A stretch of DNA of 64,000 bases, from assembly GCA_030650425.1 (NCBI GenBank), contig JAUSED010000010.1:10104-74103 (forward strand), given 5' to 3'. Below are positions 1-9,023 of the stretch, one piece after another. The DNA comes from Candidatus Omnitrophota bacterium. GTDB lineage: Bacteria > Omnitrophota > Gorgyraeia > Gygaellales > Profunditerraquicolaceae. The notes beneath the pieces are model-generated. The model was not told the origin of the DNA, made no database searches, and saw only the letters and a list, made by a program, of their open reading frames with translations. The translations under genes and the position numbers were made by a program. Numbering within the stretch: position 1 is the stretch's first letter; every line of letters begins with the position of its first letter.

Positions 1-564
1 TCGCTTTTCGTTTAAAGGAATACCCATCGTTTTGGGCGAAACGGCTGTCATTTTATCGCCCAATAATCCCTCCGGTGTTGGAACCCGAACAATCACATCC
101 GAACCAGAAAAAATCAGTGGAAGCTTCGATATGTCTTTCTCAACCAGTTTCTTATAAGGATGCTCCGTAAAAACAACGTCTAAGAGCACATACTGCGGAA
201 GTTTTGAGAATTGCGAGGCAAACTGAAACTTATAATGCGCCTTCGGTATCTTACCATGACGCGAATCCTCTTTTACGGCGTCGAACCATTCCGACGCCGA
301 TACCATACTGACAAGCGCGTCTTTTAATCCTGCTCGTTCATTTACCGGCAAAAGGATATCAATATCTATAGACAGCCGGGCTGGCGGGAAAATATGCAGA
401 AGAATAGACGTTCCGCCTTTAAATATCAATCCCGGATAGACGCGAAGTAATTCGCTTAAGAGATTAAACGCGTAAACGGATTTCTCAAAGATCCCCGGAT
501 CCTTAAAGCCCAGCTCTTTTCGTAAAGATTCCATCCGGTTGCGATCAGGTATTTGCTTTGCCAT
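1..564 (-). CDS. AbiEii-family nucleotidyltransferase toxin (type IV TA); runs off the window start
   Basis: Manual translation from ATG at 564 gives MAKQIPDRNRMESLRKELGFKDPGIFEKSVYAFNLLSELLRVYPGLIFKGGTSILLHIFPPARLSIDIDILL, with the FKGGT and RxSxDID motifs. Overlaps the end of the upstream gene. Not in the ORF track. Confidence 0.85.
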   Translation of the reverse strand, partial: MAKQIPDRNRMESLRKELGFKDPGIFEKSVYAFNLLSELLRVYPGLIFKGGTSILLHIFPPARLSIDIDILLPVNERAGLKDALVSMVSASEWFDAVKEDSRHGKIPKAHYKFQFASQFSKLPQYVLLDVVFTEHPYKKLVEKDISKLPLIFSGSDVIVRVPTPEGLLGDKMTAVSPKTMGIPLNEKR

Positions 565-1318
565 GAACATCCTTATTAGACATTACTTTCACTGCATATT
601 TTATATATGCGCCAAAAGTAACATTATTAAGTCCAATATTATCAACGAGTTGAGATATTAAATCTCGAAAGTACCTCCGGCTTTTGGCATAAGTAATCAA
701 GGCGCTAACATTAACCCTAAAAAGCCCATCCATACTACGCCACAATTCCCAGTAATCGCTATCCGCCATAGTTGAATACTTGTCTTTGATCACGAAAAGA
801 TCGACAAGCATCTTTTCAAGGGTAGGCGTATGAGTTTTCCGAGGCGAGCCCTTGATCAACAACCTAACAACGATCGGATCACGCGTAATGTCAAAATCTT
901 TAGGCACCAGGCGGCTAGTCTTCTCAACCGTTACAAACCGGTAATCGCGCGATATCCTGTCAGCGACAGGGTGAATCGCGTCCGCCTCCACCTCGACAAA
1001 AGTAATATTGTGCGTTTGCTGATGATGATAATAGGGTTGGAAATACAGGGTGTTCCAAACAAGGAAGTCAAGGTCAGGGTATTGTTTTTTCAAAAGCTGC
1101 CGGATCTCGGCCACGCGGCTTTTCTCTTCCAGGTGGAATTCTTCCGCGACAGAACTATATACCCCCCTACCCGCAGAAAAAATAATACCCTCGGACTTAA
1201 AAACATGCAGATAGTTCTTCGCTACTTGACGACTGAGACCCGTTGCTTTTATAACCCCGGCAAGGTTAAAATATCGCTTGTTTTTTATATATTCCCCGAC
1301 TAATGCTTTTTTATTCAA
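545..1318 (-). CDS. AbiEi-like antitoxin / transcriptional regulator
   Basis: N-terminal wHTH-like segment (..SAGRGVYS) and PTLEKMLVDL motif; coupled to the AbiEii gene; AAGGAG SD before the TTG start. Confidence 0.75.
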   Translation of the reverse strand: MNKKALVGEYIKNKRYFNLAGVIKATGLSRQVAKNYLHVFKSEGIIFSAGRGVYSSVAEEFHLEEKSRVAEIRQLLKKQYPDLDFLVWNTLYFQPYYHHQQTHNITFVEVEADAIHPVADRISRDYRFVTVEKTSRLVPKDFDITRDPIVVRLLIKGSPRKTHTPTLEKMLVDLFVIKDKYSTMADSDYWELWRSMDGLFRVNVSALITYAKSRRYFRDLISQLVDNIGLNNVTFGAYIKYAVKVMSNKDVHGKANT

Positions 1319-1488
1319 CGCCTATCTCCTTAAAACAATATTCTCCGGCAGATTTTTTACAAAAAGTGCTCGGGTTGATTTCAATAGTTTTCTGACTAAC
1401 ATTTCTGATTATAAGCTAACGACGGGAAAAGTCAAGTTTTGAATGGGTCACTGCGTGGGTCACCGCGCTAGCAAAGAACAAAATAATC

Positions 1489-4400
1489 TTATGGCGTTAC
1501 AAGCTGCGGCTCGCGGGGCAAGATTTGGATTTGGGCCAAGCTAAGCTGGAGTTCGTTTTCAGGCTTACCGGATTCAATTAAGACTAACATATCTTCTAAT
1601 TCGGGTTCGGTCTCGGTTACCCTTTCTTCTTCCATACGTAGAATATTGGCGATACAACCCAAAACCTTACCCATTTGCCTGCCTAAAGCCTGCCTTAGGC
1701 AACTGGAGGCGACATATTCTTTAAGCCGCTGGTTGGAAGGGATAATCCCTGCCTTAAGCATATTTTCTATCTCGGCCCACTCTGCATCAAGGTTAAGATT
1801 GCTTAATCTGTTTATCTCGATAGGGCTAAGTTTAAGCATCGCTGGGTTAATCGGGCTGCTAACAGCGGGTAAAGCGCGAAAGTCGATGCCGCCTTTTTTA
1901 TCTTTATTTAAGATTATAGGTGAATTTACCGAAGAGACAGATTGCAAATTTTTCTTCCGGGATTCTTTGAAATTGTTCAACATTTCATAAGTAATAATAT
2001 TCTCTGGATCAAATATAACTATGGAGACATGATTTCCTACTGCTTCATCTCCGCGCCCTTCTCCCCCCTCCATACCTATAACTCCATCGTAACCTAAAGA
2101 TAAAATAAATATTCTAAAATCAAACCCCTGAGTTATACCATCAAACCATCCATCTACGCCAGTTTCTTTAGAACCTCCTCCCTGGCGTAATAAGATAGGT
2201 TTTTTATTGTGCCTCCTATACCGAATGTAAGTAAAAATCCTGTCTCTTAAAGCTACCCGGGCCCAATCCAAAGATAAACTTTCCAAATACTTTAACCATG
2301 CATTTATCACCTCATCTGGAACGTTATTTCTACAATCTAATAATTTACTCCTTATCAATCTTGCCGCTACAACTTGAGGGTTGCCCGTTATTTTCTGTTG
2401 CGTTCTTCTCAATGCATATTTCTGAGCTTGTTCAGTATTATCAGTAAAATAAAACCCTAATCCCATCGTATACTCCATATCTTTTGGGCTTAAAATAAAC
2501 TGCTCAAATTCTCTATTGGTGCCATGAAAAATCGCTCCATCTTCTAAGGCCCCTGCATTATTTGAGTTAAGCCTTATTGGCATAGAGAAATCCGCTTCAG
2601 ACATCTGAGCATATTTGTTTAAAGCCGCTTCCTTTTCTCCCTGGGTTATTGGCCTATAGGTTTCGGTTAACTCGACAGTAACTTCCGCCGCCAAAGAGGC
2701 GGGTTCCTGCTGCGCCGGCGAGGCGGCGGTATCAGGTAAATTAGAAACGGTCCCCTTCTCTTCTGCTAACGGTGAGCCGGAGGATTTAGGTAAATTAGGC
2801 CCCTTCCCTTTTTCTGCAGGCGTCTTCTTTTGCAGCCTTTCCCACTCTGAGGTTGACATCGGGATGCGCATGATTCCCCCGGGAATTAGTCTTACAGGAA
2901 GATTCAGTCCGTTATACCCAATTATCCGTCTTGCCGGAGAGAATCTCTTACCATAACTTTTCCCTTTGTTTTCGCCATAGTACTGACGGACAAGACTCTT
3001 AATGCTGTCTCCCTTCTTTACTTGATGTTCTACCACTTTGGCCTCCGGGATAAATATCTTCCAGCCTGGAGGGCCGATTGGAGTTTGCCCGTTTTTCTCT
3101 TCTGACAAAAGCCCATATTCATTTGCATCGGCTATTTGTGAATACTGATTCCTGTCTCCATAATAATAGAATGCCAATAAACTAAGGCTCTGGCCTTTTA
3201 AGGTTATATGGAGAACAGACTGATAAAAGAAAGGTGTCTTAATTGCTAACTTCTTTTTTAGTTTTTCCCTCCAAAGTTCCTTCGCTTCCAATATCCTTTC
3301 TGCCTCTTTTTTTAATTCTTTGCTCCAAGGTTCAGATTCCAGAATCTTTAAGGCATTTACCATCTCTTTTAAGAAAGTTTCGTCATTGCTATATAATACT
3401 GATTCCTTTCCGCTATATTTTTTTATAAATTCTTCAAAAAATGGTTCGAGCTTTATTAACTCCGCGCGATCAAAATCAACAAACTCTGCGGGTGAGTACT
3501 CCAATTTATTTAACGCCCTAATGCGCGCCCAGATATATGCTTTTTTATCTTCCACCATCTCTCTATAACGCGAAGAGGAATTATCGCATTTACGCAATAG
3601 TTCGAGCGCGTTATCCGCAAGCCGCCAACCACCACCGACTTCCAGAATATCATCTACTGTAGTATCTAAAGAGATAAGTGAGTTTTCTTCCTTACTGGCT
3701 ATATCATACAATTGTTTATCCGCCTTTAATTTACGTAACTCTTTTAAAGCATCTATGCGTGTTTTATCCACAACCTTTTTATTCTCAACGATATCTTTTA
3801 GCCCTTCTTTATAACCGAGCATTTTAAAAACAGCGAGTTGAGCCTCCTGAAATACGCTTTTTGTTGGTTTTTCTGCTTTATTTACTTTCTCTGGTTCTGT
3901 TTTTGCTGTCTTTTTTTCTAGAAAGGGCTTACTTTCTTTTTGCACAAATTTGCCTATATATCTAATTTCCTCTTGCATAAATTCAGTAGCGTCAAACGGC
4001 CGCCACCCAAAATCCTTATCGTGGATTAAGATAAGGGCATGCCCGGGATATTTAAGGATTGCGTTTGTCCCGCCTAAAGAATATCCTTCGGCATAAAGCG
4101 CATCCACACCTAAGTATCTAAACATTAACCAGACAAAAGAAGAAGTAGTGTCACATTCACCCCTAAACTTCTCGCCCTCTGCTAATGTATCTGCCAACCA
4201 GTCAAAATATGTTCCACTGGCTAATTCACTATCAAAATATTTATTATAAATAAAATTGTTTCTGATTATATCGCGCACTGCCTCTATTTTCTCCTCAAAA
4301 GGAGCATCCTTAGCGCTATCCAGTTTATCCTTTATCTCCCTGAGATGAGGGTTAGTTTTTAAGATTTGGAATTCTTTCGCCAGCTGAGGCGTTTCCCGCA

Positions 4401-7400
4401 TATCGGAACTGATATAATTATGCCTATCTCTCTCGACTACTCTTAACAAATCATAGGTTACAAAGGTTGCTTTAGTTTTCTTTAAGGCCCTCAGGCTAAT
4501 ACCATCATCACCAAGTTCTAAGGCTCCTTCTTGCCCTTCTATATTTCTTATAACTCTTCCCAGCAGAGAAAAAACAGGTATACTTTCTCCTTTGTTAAGA
4601 GCTGGTATTTTTACTTTTAGTTTAATCACTTTAGAGTTGTCTGTTTCTACGCCAGCCGCTTTAATCTCTTTAACATAAAATTCCCCCTTATTTCCTAACA
4701 TATTGTATAACCCGGAAAATAAATGCTCTCTCTCCAAAAGATATTCCCTTCCGGAAACAATCTCGGCGATCTGGGGATTATTAAAGTTAGAATCTGATTC
4801 CATCTTTTTTATAATGCTTCCTTCTCCGCGGGGTTTGGTAAAATTATCGGCAAGAGGGATAACACCCCACTTCTGCCGGGACTTTTCTTCTTGAGGGATT
4901 CTAAAGGGTTTCGTCTCTGGCGCTCCAGCATACCTATAAATATTAGGCGCCGCTTGCTGCGGGGAATCTACTTTTGAAGAGTAATTGAGAAAAGAATAAA
5001 TCCCAATATAATAAAGTGCCGCAAATAGCAATAGAAAAGGAATAAGAGGCGCATACTCGAAAACCTTAGAAATAAACCCAGTATGCTCCTTATTTACTTT
5101 TTCCGGGCTGCCTATTTCTTGTCCAACCAATATTCTTTCGGCTGTTTCTTTCGAAGGTAGTTCTTTCTTTTCTTCTGCCTCCTTCTGCCATTGAATAATC
5201 AACGCTCTCACCCACTCCAGATCTTCATCAGCATTAATTTTCGATAGATCAAGCGGCTCCAGAGAAATTTTCAACTGCGATCTTCTTGTATGTTGATTGT
5301 ATATAGATGTGCCGTCAGGAAAACTCAGGCGCCCTTTATCAAAGCTCCAACCTTCTATTTTATTTATCTCTCCTACGGGCGAAGAAACAGGTTTTTCCTG
5401 CGCCGACGAGGCGGGGGTATCAGCTAAATTAGAAACGGCCGCATTTCCCGTCCCCTTTTGCTCATTTTTCTCTAACCTCTCTAACAGTTGTGTTATATAA
5501 CCTATAATTTCTTGCCAGTAACGAGTATTTTCTTCTGATTCTAATCGTTTCTTTTCCTTAGTTAAAAACGTTTTTAATTCTTCTCTTGAGGAAAGCGGGA
5601 ATAGCTTGGGATTAATTTTTAATAAAGTCCTCATAGCCTCACGTTTCGCATAAAAGTCACCATCTTTATATTCTCGTAATATTGTAGCCAAAGGGGGTTT
5701 CTCTTTTACATACAATATGTCTTGATGCTGATTGGAGTAATCAAAGTATTTATCAGCTAAGATATCCTTCATTACGCTTTTATCTTCGCCTATCTTGCTC
5801 AAAATACCTCCTGATTTTAATAATGAATCTAAATAATGTGAAAGGGCATTCCGGGATTCTAATCCTAGGGGAACGTACTGTAAAACATGATGAACAAAAA
5901 GTATATCTAAATTACCCACTAAATTAGGCGTTGTTCCTGCTGAAACATCAGCAAGATCAACATCATAGAATTCTAAATGCGAATTCATTCTATCAGAACG
6001 TTTGTAACCTTTTAGCTCTTCCACAACATAAACCTCTTTAAAATAATCAGCCTTTTCTTTATCCGTGAAACCTGCGTTGTCTATAACAATTTTAGGGAAG
6101 ATAATCTGGTTATTCTTTACTCTGTCGTATACTTTATTCGAATAACTCATCACGTCCACTTTAACAGTTATAGCTTTCTCAATATCTTCACCTGGCCTAA
6201 GTTGCTCTAAAAGTATTTTAGGGATCTGGCGGCTAAAATATGCAACGGCTGTAATCGGTTCTTGCCCAGAGGCTGCTCCGATAACTCCGATTGTGATTAC
6301 TTGCTGCTGCCCTGTTCTACGGAATTCACTTAGTTTATCCTTAACCAAATCTCCGAAGCCAACCCTATTAGATATGCTTCTAAGAACATCATCATATCTG
6401 AAGAATTGAGACCATTGGTCAAAGATGAGTTCTACCAATATTTTATTCTTTCTCAATGCTTCAATAAAAGGTTGTTCATTAAAAGAATGCCTGGAATCAC
6501 CTCTTATGCGTGCTAAGACTTCCCATCCACTATGACCTAAGCGCGGAAAGAATTTCCTTTTTTCTTCTTTTATCGCTTTATCGATTTCTTCTTCAAAATT
6601 TGCTAAAACTAAATCAATTCTTTCAAAATCTCCTTTTTCTGTGCCAAAGACGCCAAACAAAGACTGCAATAATTCTTTCTTAACATCATTCGTTATGATT
6701 GGTTTACCTAATCCGGGAATAGATATCATTGGAATGGGAGCTTTTACATTTAACGACTGCTGAAAAGTAAACCGAGATTTTTTCATCAAATCCTTAATTA
6801 CACTTCTTACAGCCATTCCTCTAAAAACACTTACTTCTGCTAATTTCTCATATATTCCTTTTAAATAATAGTTACTTCCTTCTTTTATTTCTATTTGCAC
6901 CGCTGCCTGTAACACTAAATACAGAATTCTATCTTCCGTTTCGTGACCAAAAGCTCTTGGATTGATTAAAATTTGGTTGAATTTCCTTTCTATTGCCACA
7001 ACCGGACCATCTTCTCCTAAATCATAGGCACTTATCCTCCAAGAGGCTAATTTAAATTGATTAGATGTTCCGATTTTATCTAACTCATATTTTGACATGA
7101 ATTTATTGAATTCGTCAACTTGCATAACGCCAATAGCGGATGAGCTAGCTTGAATACCAATAACTAGCTTCTGCGCAATAGGTGCAAAAGAAGAGGCGCC
7201 TGATGGAGAAGGCCTTTCGGCTGGCGAAGCTTGAGACGAAGGTAACCCTTCTGTTATAGTTATATTAGTATCTGATGGGTTCATACCGTTTCCAATAACA
7301 GCTAAGACAGGCATATTATTATCGGTTAAAGGTGAAATACCTTTATCGCCGACTGTTTCAAAAAGACTTGTTGAATCTGTTACTATCTTGATAGGACTGC

Positions 7401-8739
7401 CAGACGTTGGAGAAACGGAAGAGAAAGGTATACCGCCTAGAGATAAGCCTCCGCTAAAATAGCTCCTAATCACCTGGCCAGTAGGAGTATAGGCTGGCTG
7501 TTGGATGTTGTATTCGCCGTCTTTAAAGGATTTTTGGTAGGCTTGGAAGTAGGTGGTTTTGGACCAAGGTTGTTGGGAAATAAGGTTGGTGAGGTTGCGG
7601 GAGTTGATGAGCGCAGAAGCTGCATCAGGGACAGTCCCCTGCGGGGACAGTCCCTGATGCCGAGGGAAAGTGTCCCCTGCTGCTGTTGCGTGTCTAGCTT
7701 TAAACCATTGGGCTAAGATTAAAGAATAATAGACTTGCCTTAAAGGGGCATAGCGTTTGGAGGTGTTTATATCTTTGGTGAGTTTGGGGATGATTAGTTC
7801 TCTGATTAATTGAGAGGAATATTCGTTTAATTGCTTTAGGCGATCATCTTTAAACTGATACTGCGCGTAGGGGACACTTTCCTTTAAAGAGTTCCCTGAT
7901 AGCCCTGACGGAAAATGTCCCCTGCTTTTACTCGAAAGATAATCAGACTCAAGCATTACTTTAAGGGTAGCTTTGTAGATGTAGGCCGACGGTGGCACTT
8001 CGACTCGCTTGCGCTCGCTCAGTGCGCTGGCTTCGCCAGCGGTTTCGCGGATGATGATTTCGCCCGGGACGATCCAAGGACGAGTTAAGGTGGGTATGGT
8101 GATGTTTTCGTTACCTAAGAGTTCACCTGCTTTTTGATAAAGCTTATCCCAGTAAAGCTTACCTTCGGGGGTTTCGGGAGAAGTGAATTTGGCAGTGTCT
8201 TTTTTAAGTTGGAGATCGGCTTCTAGAAGAATCTTACCTACGTCAGTCTTGGCTAAATAATCATCAATAATATTATCCTCTGCATCAGGGCGTAGGTTGA
8301 CCCAGAAGGAGCTGTTGGGAAGGGTAAGGCCGATGAAGAAATAATTTAAGAGAACCTTGGTTTCGTCTTTAAGTTTAGTTTCATCCAAGGGGACACTTTC
8401 CTTTGGGCCAGAAGGGGACACTTTCCTTTGAGTGGCTTCGCCATAGCTCTGACGGAAAGTGTCCCCTTCTGCAGAAGTTGGAAAATGTCCCCTGCTGTTC
8501 TTTTGGGGAAGCTGATCGCCCTTGTCTAAAAGAAGCTTAAAGCTGTTGTTTTCTGGAAGATATTGCAGGGAACGCAGATGCAAGGGGCGGAATTTGTCTG
8601 GGATAAGGGAATTACGGAAGAGAGCGAGATGGCCGGAGATATCCAGCTCGCCGGCGACTTGAGCAAAACCAGACTGCTCAAAAATTAACAAAAAGCAGAC
8701 TAAAAAATAGATAAATTTAGGGAATTTGCGTTTTGGCAT
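1489..8739 (-). CDS. Giant secreted multidomain protein, 2416 aa: conserved N-domain, CheR-like methyltransferase, TM helix, transglutaminase-like, 2x LysM, ADP-ribosyltransferase-like, GGIDFR C-domain
   Basis: Signal peptide; motifs GAASGQEP..DILFVHHVLQY, GECD..GHA..WRPFDAT, VKKGDSI, FHGT..GLGFYFT..GYDGV..IFDPENI. N and C termini are paralogous to 44259..49622. Confidence 0.8.
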   Translation of the reverse strand: MPKRKFPKFIYFLVCFLLIFEQSGFAQVAGELDISGHLALFRNSLIPDKFRPLHLRSLQYLPENNSFKLLLDKGDQLPQKNSRGHFPTSAEGDTFRQSYGEATQRKVSPSGPKESVPLDETKLKDETKVLLNYFFIGLTLPNSSFWVNLRPDAEDNIIDDYLAKTDVGKILLEADLQLKKDTAKFTSPETPEGKLYWDKLYQKAGELLGNENITIPTLTRPWIVPGEIIIRETAGEASALSERKRVEVPPSAYIYKATLKVMLESDYLSSKSRGHFPSGLSGNSLKESVPYAQYQFKDDRLKQLNEYSSQLIRELIIPKLTKDINTSKRYAPLRQVYYSLILAQWFKARHATAAGDTFPRHQGLSPQGTVPDAASALINSRNLTNLISQQPWSKTTYFQAYQKSFKDGEYNIQQPAYTPTGQVIRSYFSGGLSLGGIPFSSVSPTSGSPIKIVTDSTSLFETVGDKGISPLTDNNMPVLAVIGNGMNPSDTNITITEGLPSSQASPAERPSPSGASSFAPIAQKLVIGIQASSSAIGVMQVDEFNKFMSKYELDKIGTSNQFKLASWRISAYDLGEDGPVVAIERKFNQILINPRAFGHETEDRILYLVLQAAVQIEIKEGSNYYLKGIYEKLAEVSVFRGMAVRSVIKDLMKKSRFTFQQSLNVKAPIPMISIPGLGKPIITNDVKKELLQSLFGVFGTEKGDFERIDLVLANFEEEIDKAIKEEKRKFFPRLGHSGWEVLARIRGDSRHSFNEQPFIEALRKNKILVELIFDQWSQFFRYDDVLRSISNRVGFGDLVKDKLSEFRRTGQQQVITIGVIGAASGQEPITAVAYFSRQIPKILLEQLRPGEDIEKAITVKVDVMSYSNKVYDRVKNNQIIFPKIVIDNAGFTDKEKADYFKEVYVVEELKGYKRSDRMNSHLEFYDVDLADVSAGTTPNLVGNLDILFVHHVLQYVPLGLESRNALSHYLDSLLKSGGILSKIGEDKSVMKDILADKYFDYSNQHQDILYVKEKPPLATILREYKDGDFYAKREAMRTLLKINPKLFPLSSREELKTFLTKEKKRLESEENTRYWQEIIGYITQLLERLEKNEQKGTGNAAVSNLADTPASSAQEKPVSSPVGEINKIEGWSFDKGRLSFPDGTSIYNQHTRRSQLKISLEPLDLSKINADEDLEWVRALIIQWQKEAEEKKELPSKETAERILVGQEIGSPEKVNKEHTGFISKVFEYAPLIPFLLLFAALYYIGIYSFLNYSSKVDSPQQAAPNIYRYAGAPETKPFRIPQEEKSRQKWGVIPLADNFTKPRGEGSIIKKMESDSNFNNPQIAEIVSGREYLLEREHLFSGLYNMLGNKGEFYVKEIKAAGVETDNSKVIKLKVKIPALNKGESIPVFSLLGRVIRNIEGQEGALELGDDGISLRALKKTKATFVTYDLLRVVERDRHNYISSDMRETPQLAKEFQILKTNPHLREIKDKLDSAKDAPFEEKIEAVRDIIRNNFIYNKYFDSELASGTYFDWLADTLAEGEKFRGECDTTSSFVWLMFRYLGVDALYAEGYSLGGTNAILKYPGHALILIHDKDFGWRPFDATEFMQEEIRYIGKFVQKESKPFLEKKTAKTEPEKVNKAEKPTKSVFQEAQLAVFKMLGYKEGLKDIVENKKVVDKTRIDALKELRKLKADKQLYDIASKEENSLISLDTTVDDILEVGGGWRLADNALELLRKCDNSSSRYREMVEDKKAYIWARIRALNKLEYSPAEFVDFDRAELIKLEPFFEEFIKKYSGKESVLYSNDETFLKEMVNALKILESEPWSKELKKEAERILEAKELWREKLKKKLAIKTPFFYQSVLHITLKGQSLSLLAFYYYGDRNQYSQIADANEYGLLSEEKNGQTPIGPPGWKIFIPEAKVVEHQVKKGDSIKSLVRQYYGENKGKSYGKRFSPARRIIGYNGLNLPVRLIPGGIMRIPMSTSEWERLQKKTPAEKGKGPNLPKSSGSPLAEEKGTVSNLPDTAASPAQQEPASLAAEVTVELTETYRPITQGEKEAALNKYAQMSEADFSMPIRLNSNNAGALEDGAIFHGTNREFEQFILSPKDMEYTMGLGFYFTDNTEQAQKYALRRTQQKITGNPQVVAARLIRSKLLDCRNNVPDEVINAWLKYLESLSLDWARVALRDRIFTYIRYRRHNKKPILLRQGGGSKETGVDGWFDGITQGFDFRIFILSLGYDGVIGMEGGEGRGDEAVGNHVSIVIFDPENIITYEMLNNFKESRKKNLQSVSSVNSPIILNKDKKGGIDFRALPAVSSPINPAMLKLSPIEINRLSNLNLDAEWAEIENMLKAGIIPSNQRLKEYVASSCLRQALGRQMGKVLGCIANILRMEEERVTETEPELEDMLVLIESGKPENELQLSLAQIQILPREPQLVTP
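2681..2750 (-). repeat. Inter-module linker repeat encoding AASPAQ.E..SS; other copies at 5377-5438, 45421-45469, 47061-47098, 47748-47789
   Basis: 2681-2729 and 45421-45469 match at 44/49 nt; the core ctgcgccgRYgaggcgg is present in all five copies. Confidence 0.85.
7622..7680. repeat. Family B palindrome (GGGGACAGTCCC type) plus a family A right end, in-frame in the giant gene
   Basis: gcatcagggacagtcccc-tgc-ggggacagtccctgatgc hairpin followed by ggaaagtgtcccct. Confidence 0.8.
7869..7923 (+). repeat. Family A REP/MITE-like palindrome (ggggacactttcc-N26/27-ggaaaatgtcccc), in-frame
   Basis: Terminal inverted repeats; encodes RGHFPSGLSGNSLKESVP on the - strand. Confidence 0.9.
8388..8494 (+). 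repeat. Composite nested family A element, in-frame in the giant gene
   Basis: 107 bp identical to the intergenic copy at 50307-50413. Confidence 0.9.
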
Positions 8740-8754
8740 TTTTAGTTACGCTCC

Positions 8755-8810
8755 AGGGGACACTTTCCTTGAAAGAGTTCCCTGATAGCCCTGATGGAAA
8801 ATGTCCCCTG
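8755..8810 (+). repeat. Family A palindrome in the 5' leader of the giant gene
   Basis: aggggacactttcc...ctgatggaaaatgtcccctg. Confidence 0.9.
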
Positions 8811-8845
8811 CGGGGTTTTTTTGCTGCCAGTCGTATGTTAATTCA

Positions 8846-8905
8846 AGTATACAATATAGGTAAGAGGATTCAAGGGGAAAGCGGGGATTTAGGGAAAGCG
8901 CTTTC
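8846..8905 (-). promoter_or_regulatory. Putative sigma70 promoter with upstream palindromic operator
   Basis: GAAAGCGCTTTC (8894-8905)-N20-TTGAAT-N16-TATACT; same geometry at 49650-49709 and 55556-55615. Confidence 0.7.
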
Positions 8906-8921
8906 TTTCGTAGCGAACTCG

Positions 8922-8966
8922 AAAAATGGGGACAGTCCCCAAAAGGCGGGGACAGTCCCCATTTTT
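8922..8966. repeat. Family B doublet ggggacagtcccc; also at 49336-49381 (in-frame) and 49717-49740
   Basis: aaaaatggggacagtcccc-aaaaggc-ggggacagtccccattttt. Confidence 0.85.
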
Positions 8967-9023
8967 TGTCCCCATTTTTTCAGTTGTAGCCAAAGGGGAT
9001 TTTTGTTAGAATACTTTATTCCT

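Noticed and set aside
8733-9023. N-terminal extension of the GNAT ORF
   Set aside because: It translates repeats and promoter DNA and overlaps the divergent gene start.
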